In this document: piece after piece, positions 9,860 through 16,747 of the stretch | Layout: the number at the start of each line of letters is the position of its first letter | Numbering within the stretch: position 1 is the stretch's first letter | IMG/VR virus record: IMGVR_UViG_2690316109_000015 | Origin: a virus | Lineage: Duplodnaviria > Heunggongvirae > Uroviricota > Caudoviricetes | DNA: 20,709 bases | Reading direction: 5' to 3' (one strand) | Program-made: the position numbers and the translations under genes | Notes under the pieces: generated by a model | Told to the model about the DNA's origin: nothing | Database searches by the model: none | Seen by the model: the letters and a program-made list of their open reading frames with translations, nothing else

Positions 9860-10081
9860 TCACTTCGAACCTCTCTGTTTACTGATAAGCTCCAGCTCCT
9901 CCTGGCAACTTGCACAAGTCCGACAACCCTGAACGACCAGGCGTCTTCGTTCATCTATCGGATCGCCACACTCACAACAATGAGTGGCAGATATAGCCTG
10001 GTGGTTCAGGCGGCGCATTTTTATTGCTGTGTTGCGCTGTAATTCTTCAATTTCTGATGCTGAATCAATGATGTCTGCCAT
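9860..10081 (-). CDS. TraR/DksA-family C4 zinc-finger protein (73 aa), lambda Orf73-like
   Basis: Cys pairs CCECGDPI ... CRTCASC typical of TraR/DksA C4 zinc fingers; position between b region and orf61/63/60a as in lambda. Confidence 0.75.
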   Translation of the reverse strand: MADIIDSASEIEELQRNTAIKMRRLNHQAISATHCCECGDPIDERRRLVVQGCRTCASCQEELELISKQRGSK

Positions 10082-10179
10082 CTTCCATTAATCCCTGAAT
10101 TGTTGGTTAATACGCTTGAGGGTGAATGCGAATAATAAAAAAGGAGCCTGTAGCTCCCTGATGATTTTGCTTTTCATGT

Positions 10180-10491
10180 TCATCGTTCCTTAAAGACGCC
10201 GTTTAACATGCCGATTGCCAGGCTTAAATGAGTCGGTGTGAATCCCATCAGCGTTACCGTTTCGCGGTGCTTCTTCAGTACGCTACGGCAAATGTCATCG
10301 ACGTTTTTATCCGGAAACTGCTGTCTGGCTTTTTTGATTTCAGAATTAGCCTGACGGGCAATGCTGCGAAGGGCGTTTTCCTGCTGAGGTGTCATTGAAC
10401 AAGTCCCATGTCGGCAAGCATAAGCACACAGAATATGAAGCCCGCTGCCAGAAAAATGCATTCCGTGGTTGTCATACCTGGTCTCTCTCAT
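10180..10491 (-). CDS. Hypothetical protein, lambda orf61-region (start uncertain; alternative ATG at 10395 gives 71 aa)
   Basis: ORF with ATG at 10489-10491; C-terminal part MTPQQENALRSIARQANSEIKKARQQFPDKNVDD... looks protein-like, N-terminal part less so. Confidence 0.4.
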   Translation of the reverse strand: MRETRYDNHGMHFSGSGLHILCAYACRHGTCSMTPQQENALRSIARQANSEIKKARQQFPDKNVDDICRSVLKKHRETVTLMGFTPTHLSLAIGMLNGVFKER

Positions 10492-10663
10492 CTGCTTCTG
10501 CTTTCGCCACCATCATTTCCAGCTTTTGTGAAAGGGATGCGGCTAACGTATGAAATTCTTCGTCTGTTTCTACTGGTATTGGCACAAACCTGACTCCAAT
10601 TTGAGCGAGGCTATGTGCCATCTCGATACTCGTTCTTAACTCAACGGGAGATGCTTTGTGCAT
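10472..10663 (-). CDS. Hypothetical protein, lambda orf63-like (63 aa)
   Basis: ATG at 10661-10663; sits in the conserved position upstream of exo in the leftward operon. Confidence 0.55.
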   Translation of the reverse strand: MHKASPVELRTSIEMAHSLAQIGVRFVPIPVETDEEFHTLAASLSQKLEMMVAKAEADERDQV

Positions 10664-10818
10664 ACAGCTCCCCGTTTATTATTTATCTCCTCAGCCAGCC
10701 GCTGTGCTTTCAGGGGATTTCGGATAACAGAAAGGCCGGGAAATACCCAGCCTCGCTTCGTAACGGAGTAGACGAAAGTGATCGTGCCTACGCGGATATT
10801 ATCGTGAGGATGTTTCAT
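10636..10818 (-). CDS. Hypothetical protein, lambda orf60a-like (60 aa from second ATG)
   Basis: ATG at 10816-10818 has GGGGAG at 8-nt spacing; the first ATG (10824) has SD too close; overlaps the exo stop. Confidence 0.5.
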   Translation of the reverse strand: MKHPHDNIRVGTITFVYSVTKRGWVFPGLSVIRNPLKAQRLAEEINNKRGAVCTKHLPLS

Positions 10819-11495
10819 CGCCATTGCTCCCCAAATACAAAACCAATTTCAGCCAGTGCCTCGTCCATTTTTTCGATGAACTCCGGCACCATCTCGTCAA
10901 AACTCGCTATATACTTTTCATTCCGCTCAATCACGACATAATGCAGGCCTTCACGCTTCATGCGCGGGTCATAGTTGGCAAAGTACCAGGCATCTTTTCG
11001 CGTCACCCACATGCTGTACTGCACCTGGGCCATGTAAGCCGATTTTATTGCCTCGAAACCACCGAGCCGGAATTTCATGAAATCCCGGGAGGTAAACGGG
11101 CATTTCAGTTCAAGGCCGTTGCCGTCACTGCATAAACCATCGGGAGAGCAGGCGGTGCGCATATTTTCGTCGCGATAGATGATCGGGGATTCAGTAATAT
11201 TCACGCCGGAAGTGAATTCAAACAGGGTTCTGGCGTCGTTCTCGTACTGTTTTCCCCAGGCCAGCGCCTTAGCATTAACTTCCGGAGCCACACCGGTGCA
11301 AACCTCAGCCAGCAGGGTGTGGAAGTAGGACATTTTCATGTCAGGCCACTTCTTTCCTGAGCGGGGCTTTGCTATCACGTTGTGAACTTCTGAAGCGGTG
11401 ATGACGCCGAGCCGTAATTTGTGCCATGCATCATCCCCCTGTTCGACAGCTCTCACGTCGATCCCGGTACGCTGCAGGATAATGTCCGGTGTCAT
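10815..11495 (-). CDS. exo: Lambda Red exonuclease Exo (226 aa)
   Basis: 226 aa, [62 protein letters not shown]...; recognised as lambda Exo; start overlaps the bet stop. Confidence 0.95.
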   Translation of the reverse strand: MTPDIILQRTGIDVRAVEQGDDAWHKLRLGVITASEVHNVIAKPRSGKKWPDMKMSYFHTLLAEVCTGVAPEVNAKALAWGKQYENDARTLFEFTSGVNITESPIIYRDENMRTACSPDGLCSDGNGLELKCPFTSRDFMKFRLGGFEAIKSAYMAQVQYSMWVTRKDAWYFANYDPRMKREGLHYVVIERNEKYIASFDEMVPEFIEKMDEALAEIGFVFGEQWR

Positions 11496-12277
11496 GCTGC
11501 CACCTTCTGCTCAGTGGCTTTCTGTTTCAGGAATCCAAGAGCTTTCACTGCTTCGGCCTGTGTCAGTTCTGACGATGCGCGAATGTCGCGGCGAAATATC
11601 TGGGAACAGAGCGGCAATAAGTCGTCATCCCATGTTTTATCCAGGGCGATCAGCAGAGTGTTAATCTCCTGCATGGTTTCATCGTTAACCGGAGTGATGT
11701 CGCGTTCCGGCTGACGTTCTGCAGTGTATGCGGTATTTTCGACAATGCGCTCGGCTTCATCCTTGTCATAGATACCAGCAAATCCGAAGGCGAGACGGGC
11801 ACACTGAATCATGGCTTTATGCCGTAACATCCGTTTGGGATGCGACTGCCACGGCCCCGTGATTTCTCTGCCTTCGCGAGTTTTGAATGGTTCGCGGCGG
11901 CATTCATCCATCCATTCGGTAACGCAGATCGGATGATTACGGTCCTTGCGGTAAATCCGGCATGTACAGGATTCATTGTCCTGCTCAAAGTCCATGCCAT
12001 CAAACTGCTGGTTTTCATTGATGATGCGGGACCAGCCATCAACGCCCACCACCGGAACGATGCCGTTCTGCTTATCAGGGAAGGCGTAAATTTCTTTCGT
12101 CCACGGATTAAGGCCGTACTGGTTGGCGACGATCAACAATGCGATGAACTGCGCATCGCTGGCATCACCTTTAAATGCCGTCTGGCGAAGAGTGGTGATC
12201 AGTTCCTGTGGGTCGACAGAATCCATGCCGACACGTTCAGCCAGCTTCCCAGCCAGCGTTGCGAGTGCTGTACTCAT
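11492..12277 (-). CDS. bet: Lambda Red single-strand annealing protein Beta (261 aa)
   Basis: 261 aa, [66 protein letters not shown]...; recognised as lambda Bet. Confidence 0.95.
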   Translation of the reverse strand: MSTALATLAGKLAERVGMDSVDPQELITTLRQTAFKGDASDAQFIALLIVANQYGLNPWTKEIYAFPDKQNGIVPVVGVDGWSRIINENQQFDGMDFEQDNESCTCRIYRKDRNHPICVTEWMDECRREPFKTREGREITGPWQSHPKRMLRHKAMIQCARLAFGFAGIYDKDEAERIVENTAYTAERQPERDITPVNDETMQEINTLLIALDKTWDDDLLPLCSQIFRRDIRASSELTQAEAVKALGFLKQKATEQKVAA

Positions 12278-12282
12278 CCGTT

Positions 12283-12579
12283 TTATACCTCTGAATCAAT
12301 ATCAACCTGGTGGTGAGCAATGGTTTCAACCATGTACCGGATGTGTTCTGCCATGCGCTCCTGAAACTCAACATCGTCATCAAACGCACGGGTAATGGCT
12401 TTTTTGCTGGCCCCGTGGCGTTGCAAATGATCGATGCATAGCGATTCAAACAGGTGCTGGGGCAGACCTTTTTCCATGTCGTCTGCCAGTTCTGCCTCTT
12501 TCTCTTCACGGGCGATCTGCTGGTAGTGACGCGCCCAGCTCTGAGCCTCAAGACGATCCTGAATGTAATAAGCGTTCAT
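12283..12579 (-). CDS. gam: Lambda Gam, RecBCD inhibitor, short (GamS-type, 98 aa) form
   Basis: [60 protein letters not shown]...; AGGAG 6 nt upstream of ATG at 12579. Confidence 0.9.
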   Translation of the reverse strand: MNAYYIQDRLEAQSWARHYQQIAREEKEAELADDMEKGLPQHLFESLCIDHLQRHGASKKAITRAFDDDVEFQERMAEHIRYMVETIAHHQVDIDSEV

Positions 12580-12655
12580 GGCTGAACTCCTGAAAATGGC
12601 TGTGAAAATATCGCCCGCGAAATGCCAGGCTGATTAGGAAAACAGGAAAGGGGGG

Positions 12656-12862
12656 TTAGTGATTCAGGCCGTTACCGCGTCCGTCGAGAAAAACTTCTAC
12701 GAGCAAATCACGGGTATAAGTGCGCTCGATGCCGCGATGCAGATAAAGCCGTCCGCGTAAATTAGCTGATGCAGTCCAGGTACCATCTTTGTGTTTGACC
12801 AGCATTCCTGGCATGACCGCGCCGCGATTAACGGTCTGTGTTCCGTAATGTTGATGAACCAT
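12656..12862 (-). CDS. Small protein (68 aa) in the kil position upstream of gam
   Basis: ATG at 12860-12862 with AGGAG at 5-nt spacing; MVHQHYGTQTVNRGAVMPGMLVKHKDGTWTASANLRGRLYLHRGIERTYTRDLLVEVFLDGRGNGLNH; assignment is by position only. Confidence 0.4.
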   Translation of the reverse strand: MVHQHYGTQTVNRGAVMPGMLVKHKDGTWTASANLRGRLYLHRGIERTYTRDLLVEVFLDGRGNGLNH

Positions 12863-13129
12863 AAAAACTCCTGCCCGTAAGCTGGGCTGCTGAACATATA
12901 GAGACTTCTGCGCGTATTCAGGCGGTGGATGGCCGCCGGTTGTCATAACTAAGCCGCCTCGTTGAAGCGACTGAGGTATGAAATGTTGAGTTAATTTCAG
13001 CTGGTCACACCGACGTTCACGCGTCCGTTTCACCCCTCGCACTCCCCGAAGCCTGCTGAAATTCAAACTGCGGATCTAAGCGGTCATCGCAACGGTGAAT
13101 CAGGTGGTTGCCGTATCGTTGTGTTGTTG

Positions 13130-13190
13130 CGATATGGTGATAATAGCTATTGCTATTGGTGATATCAATACTTATTGCTATTGACTGATG
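13130..13190 (-). promoter_or_regulatory. Candidate leftward early promoter (pL-like) with two operator dyads (oL)
   Basis: Minus-strand -35 TTGATA (plus-strand 13163-13168), 17-bp spacer, -10 TATTAT (13140-13145). Two 16-bp dyads AATAGC-N4-GCTATT at 13142-13157 and (one mismatch) 13167-13182; the same motif recurs at oR. Confidence 0.5.
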
Positions 13191-13308
13191 TGTTTTGATA
13201 TTAAATGTTTGATAGCAAAAAGAATTAATTTTGTGACTTGCATCGCATAGCGATAACTGAAGCAGGGATGTGGTGGTTTTTTGAGCGGTGTGTGATGAGG
13301 GGAGGGGA

Positions 13309-13336
13309 CAAAAGAAAACCCGGCACGGTGGCCGGG
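13309..13336 (-). terminator. Rho-independent terminator ending the repressor/cargo operon (tImm-like)
   Basis: Minus strand CCCGGC-caccgt-GCCGGG followed by TTTTCTTTTG, starting 26 nt after the TAG stop (13363-13365) of the 268-aa gene. Confidence 0.65.
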
Positions 13337-13362
13337 TTATTAATTAAATTAGTCAGTTTTTT

Positions 13363-14169
13363 CTACTGTAACATAGAGGCAGCATTCAGCATCTTTTCGT
13401 AATATGAACGCATGTCTTCTTTGCTATATGCGTTGATAAGATTATCAGCGTGTTTTTCCAGTAGATTTAGCTGCTGTTTTGCTGACTTTTCTTGTGCTGT
13501 CGTTTCAGCGGCAAAAATTACAAATGAATCAATATTTGAATTGTATAATTCGTAGGCTTTAGTAATTGTTAAAACACTTATCGCAGCTTCACCCATTTGT
13601 TTTTTTATATTTTCAGAACGAAAATCTAATGTTTCTGTAAGATGGTATTTGCCATTTTTTAACAAAAAATCTGCAACTAACCCTTCTTCATTACTAATTG
13701 GATAATTAGCTACGATTTTATGTTGGGAAAGATCTTCAAAATACTTACTGAAAATTCCATGTTGTATAAAGGTGGATTTTAATTCAGAAAAAACCTTTTT
13801 TTTCAACTGTTTATGTGGCTGTTTTTGTGGGTTTACTAACCGATTCATTAGATCAGTAACTTTAGCTTCGTAATCTTCGTTGGCTTGAAGAGTGAACATG
13901 CCAAATGACGATAACGATAATGCTCCCTTAAAAAGACAAGGAAGAAGTTCAGCATTGTTGATTTTTTGTGACAAATCAAAAAGCGAGGTCGAAAGATCCT
14001 CTAAGTAATCTAAGGTAAGATCTTTGTCAATCGCTTTAAGTTTTGAAACTGAATTGAGCATACGTACGTCTATGTCAGAGTCATGGTAAACGATCAAACC
14101 AACGTTAATCGTTTCACCTTTCTCTAAGTTCGGTGTAACTCTGATTAAGCTGTATTTGAAAGTTTTCAA
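13363..14169 (-). CDS. Hypothetical protein (268 aa), second gene of the rex-position cargo operon; no recognisable catalytic motif
   Basis: TTG start whose first two bases overlap the upstream TGA stop (TCTTGAAAA), GGAG 8 nt upstream; AT-rich; N-terminus MKTFKYSLIRVTPNLEKGETINVGLIVYHDSD; C-terminal third predicted helical. Confidence 0.7.
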   Translation of the reverse strand: MKTFKYSLIRVTPNLEKGETINVGLIVYHDSDIDVRMLNSVSKLKAIDKDLTLDYLEDLSTSLFDLSQKINNAELLPCLFKGALSLSSFGMFTLQANEDYEAKVTDLMNRLVNPQKQPHKQLKKKVFSELKSTFIQHGIFSKYFEDLSQHKIVANYPISNEEGLVADFLLKNGKYHLTETLDFRSENIKKQMGEAAISVLTITKAYELYNSNIDSFVIFAAETTAQEKSAKQQLNLLEKHADNLINAYSKEDMRSYYEKMLNAASMLQ

Positions 14170-15014
14170 GATGTTATCTCCAGTCTTATGGCATTTAGCC
14201 TATCGATTCGCTCCTCGCTGTCCCACCACTTCAAAAAATACTCCTTATGCATTGGTGGCATCCATGCTTCAGGCATAGAGTTAAGTATATCAGATATAGC
14301 CTCAACTCCAATTTTTTCAATTTTGTCAAGGACAGATAATGCGCACTTTCTCAGATCATCAGTGTCGCCAATGAATTGTTTAGCAATCGTCCAGTTTGTT
14401 GTTGTACTGGAGTCTGTTGGTAGTATATGAGGGGTATTTCGTGGCCAGCCTATAACAAAAGAGCTTAGACTAAAATCGAATGTTTTAACTATAACATTGC
14501 CTCGGGTGTTTTCCATGTATAAGTAGTTGTTGAGGTGTCTGTCAATGTTATATACAAACTGATCAAATGCATAAATTGCCCAGAGTTGCTTCTTTAAGGA
14601 TTCAGAAGCATTTGAGAGCAAATTTATCCATTGAGGACTATTGAGACCAGATTTCCAGGCTGAAAACTCTATGCGAGAGCCAAAAACATACTCCCCATTA
14701 GCAATACACTTGAGAATTTTGCACACAGGTGTAGCGATGCCGCATTTTTCAGCTAAATTTGTGCAAAACCATTCCGCTGCCGGTACTTGAGTTGGGTTTT
14801 GTACAGGAAAAGGTGGGGTGGAGCGCATGCTTTTAACTGCATATTCCATTTCATCAGTGGCAATAGCGAAACCAGAAAGGTGTGCTGTGCCTAAGCTTGA
14901 AGGTGTATATTCATGAAATTCTAATTCAAACAAACTTCCTTGCTCTGGTTTCACTTCATCAGTGTTTGACTCTTGTTCTTTCGTCATCAACTTTTTTCCC
15001 CAAATCGAAGACAT
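14166..15014 (-). CDS. Kinase-like protein (282 aa) with HipA/PI3K-type catalytic-loop signature; first gene of the rex-position cargo operon
   Basis: ATG at 15014 with AGAGG at 5-nt spacing, 46 nt downstream of the cI-like stop; motif NIDRHLNN (D-R-H-x-x-N) followed about 20 residues later by KTFDFS (DFG-like); AT-rich. Confidence 0.7.
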   Translation of the reverse strand: MSSIWGKKLMTKEQESNTDEVKPEQGSLFELEFHEYTPSSLGTAHLSGFAIATDEMEYAVKSMRSTPPFPVQNPTQVPAAEWFCTNLAEKCGIATPVCKILKCIANGEYVFGSRIEFSAWKSGLNSPQWINLLSNASESLKKQLWAIYAFDQFVYNIDRHLNNYLYMENTRGNVIVKTFDFSLSSFVIGWPRNTPHILPTDSSTTTNWTIAKQFIGDTDDLRKCALSVLDKIEKIGVEAISDILNSMPEAWMPPMHKEYFLKWWDSEERIDRLNAIRLEITS

Positions 15015-15060
15015 GCGGACCTCTTAAATTTGAACAACATCATAATGATTAGCTAATCCG

Positions 15061-15753
15061 CTACCCATGCTTCCTATACGTCTGCGGCATGCTCCCAATA
15101 ACCTTACCGAAGATGAACACCCGGTTCATCTCGTCTTTCTCGATCGGGTCCCACGGTGAGTAGCTCTTGTTATCAGAGATAACCAGCAGCTTATCCTTCA
15201 TCATTTGCAGACGCTTTACATGGGCTGTGTCGTCGTACAGAAACGCATAGATACCATCACCGTCGAAAGATTTAACCGTGATATCAACGAACAGCAGATC
15301 ACCTGGTTCGATCGTTCCTGACATGCTGTCACCACGCACGTTAATGATGCGGATATTTTCCGCCTTCCTGCCATCGAACATGTGACGAGCATCGTCAAAC
15401 GAGTACTCAACCGAGCGTAGAACTTCTACAAACTCACGGTTGATTACACCCGGCCCGGCACTGACTTCTATATCAAGAACGTCAATTTTGAAGTATTTGG
15501 AATGGCTGACAGCAGGCTTCCCTGATTGTTGACCGTCATTTCTCATCGGGCCTATGCCTGATGAGAGCCATTCTGTTCGAACACCCAATGCATTAGCTAT
15601 TTCAACAATTTTTGTTGAGCCGCGCGCGTTGCCGCTTGTCAGTCTCCAGATTGTGGGTTGAGCTACGCCAGACGCCTTTGCAAGAGCGCCTTGAGACATT
15701 CCAGATTGTTCCATCGCTAGGTTTAAGCGATCAGCAAGAGTTTCTTTTTTCAT
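15061..15753 (-). CDS. CI-like prophage repressor: N-terminal XRE-type HTH, C-terminal S24 (LexA-like) autopeptidase; about 230 aa from ATG 15753
   Basis: HTH MSQGALAKASGVAQPTIWRL; S24 catalytic Ser in VRGDSMSGTIEPGDLLFVD and Lys in AHVKRL; candidate Ala-Gly cleavage site (SAGPG). The track ORF starts at TTG 15789; ATG 15753 has no SD and abuts the -10 element, suggesting a leaderless transcript as for lambda cI from pRM. Not lambda cI. Confidence 0.85.
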   Translation of the reverse strand: MKKETLADRLNLAMEQSGMSQGALAKASGVAQPTIWRLTSGNARGSTKIVEIANALGVRTEWLSSGIGPMRNDGQQSGKPAVSHSKYFKIDVLDIEVSAGPGVINREFVEVLRSVEYSFDDARHMFDGRKAENIRIINVRGDSMSGTIEPGDLLFVDITVKSFDGDGIYAFLYDDTAHVKRLQMMKDKLLVISDNKSYSPWDPIEKDEMNRVFIFGKVIGSMPQTYRKHG

Positions 15754-15863
15754 AAGTTTTAATTTATACGCTTGCGTATTGATGGTCAAAACACGTTTTG
15801 CTATTGCTTGGATTAATACGCATTGCTATTATTCATTCATTGCAATACCAATAGGAATTGATA
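15754..15863. promoter_or_regulatory. Immunity switch region: divergent pRM-like and pR-like promoters with operator dyads (oR)
   Basis: Minus strand: -35 TTGACC (plus 15784-15789), then TATAAA/TAAATT ending about 7 nt before the cI-like ATG. Plus strand: -35 TTGCTT (15804-15809), 17-bp spacer, -10 TATTAT (15827-15832). Dyads: ATACGCTTGCGTAT (15766-15779) and AATACGCATTGCTATT (15815-15830). Confidence 0.55.
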
Positions 15864-16091
15864 ATGACAAATCAAACCATTCAACTCGCAATCAGTATTA
15901 CAGGTAGTCAAAAACGACTGGCAGATCTATGCGGTGTAGCCCAACCCACTGTTTGGCGTTGGCTACACGGTGGCGGAATTGATGCCCGCTATGTAATGAA
16001 AATTGTCTCAGCCACTGGTGGAAAGATTAAACCAGCAGATATTCGTCCCGACCTCGCACCATTGTTTAACGCGAGTAATTCTGCCGCCTAA
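15864..16091 (+). CDS. Cro-like small HTH regulator (75 aa from ATG 15864)
   Basis: Position immediately rightward of the repressor; HTH-like segment QKRLADLCGVAQPTVWRWLHGG; AGGA at 7-nt spacing. The track ORF begins at TTG 15858. Confidence 0.7.
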   Translation: MTNQTIQLAISITGSQKRLADLCGVAQPTVWRWLHGGGIDARYVMKIVSATGGKIKPADIRPDLAPLFNASNSAA

Positions 16092-16115
16092 ACTGCGGCG
16101 TTAACTGATAAGGCA

Positions 16116-16661
16116 ATGACTATGCAACCACTTACATACCAACAGACTAGCGGATTTATCCCGACTGCGGTGATAAATCGTTCTCAAATAAAACAGGTGC
16201 CAGGCCACGAAAAAATCCGTGATGCCATCCGCGCCTGGTCGGCTGTAGATAATCAGGATGTCGTTGCCGCACTCATTGTGAATGAGTATCGAGCACAGGG
16301 CGGCGGCACTATCGATTTTTCTGATGATGTCAGTCGTGCACGCCAGAAGCTGTTCCGCTTTCTCGATAACAAATTCGATTCTGAAAAATACCGAAATAAC
16401 GTGCGTGAACTGACTCCAGCAATTCTGGCAGTACTACCGCTGAAATATCGCGGCCACCTGGTTGAGCAGGATAGCTTCATGGCTCGGCTGGCTGAAATGG
16501 AAAAGGAACTCAGTGAGGCAAAACAGGCTGTCATTCTCAACGCACCACGCCACCAGAAACTGAAGGAGATGAGTGAAGGCATTGTGTCGATGTTTCGTGT
16601 GGACCCGGATTTGGCTGGTCCACTGATGGCGATGGTCACCACCATGCTGGGGGCAATATGA
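16116..16661 (+). CDS. CII-position regulator, YdaT-like (181 aa)
   Basis: Occupies the cII position between cro-like and O; segments EYRAQGGG and LTPAILAVLP resemble what I recall of Rac-prophage YdaT. Confidence 0.5.
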   Translation: MTMQPLTYQQTSGFIPTAVINRSQIKQVPGHEKIRDAIRAWSAVDNQDVVAALIVNEYRAQGGGTIDFSDDVSRARQKLFRFLDNKFDSEKYRNNVRELTPAILAVLPLKYRGHLVEQDSFMARLAEMEKELSEAKQAVILNAPRHQKLKEMSEGIVSMFRVDPDLAGPLMAMVTTMLGAI

Positions 16662-16747
16662 CAGGTTCAGAAATGGCGAAAGCCGGTCTGCGCGAACAGA
16701 ACCGACTTTCAGGTGCAAATCGTAACACACTCATTGCGGGAGGAATT

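Noticed and set aside
11398-12551. Plus- and minus-strand ORFs (88-158 aa) inside exo, bet and gam
   Set aside because: Alternative-frame and antisense artefacts within recognised lambda Red genes.
12697-12897. 66-aa minus-strand ORF overlapping the kil-position gene in another frame
   Set aside because: It overlaps the SD-led 68-aa ORF almost completely, has no SD of its own and is Cys/Ile-rich; it does not match cIII as I recall it.
12656-13066. Full 136-aa track ORF as a single gene
   Set aside because: It opens with TTG and has no SD, whereas the internal ATG at 12862 has a strong AGGAG; I kept the 68-aa gene as the feature and reported the arginine-rich upstream frame as an open question.
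14188-14430. 80-aa plus-strand ORF inside the kinase-like gene
   Set aside because: Antisense artefact of an AT-rich region; Ser/Ile-rich with no start signal.
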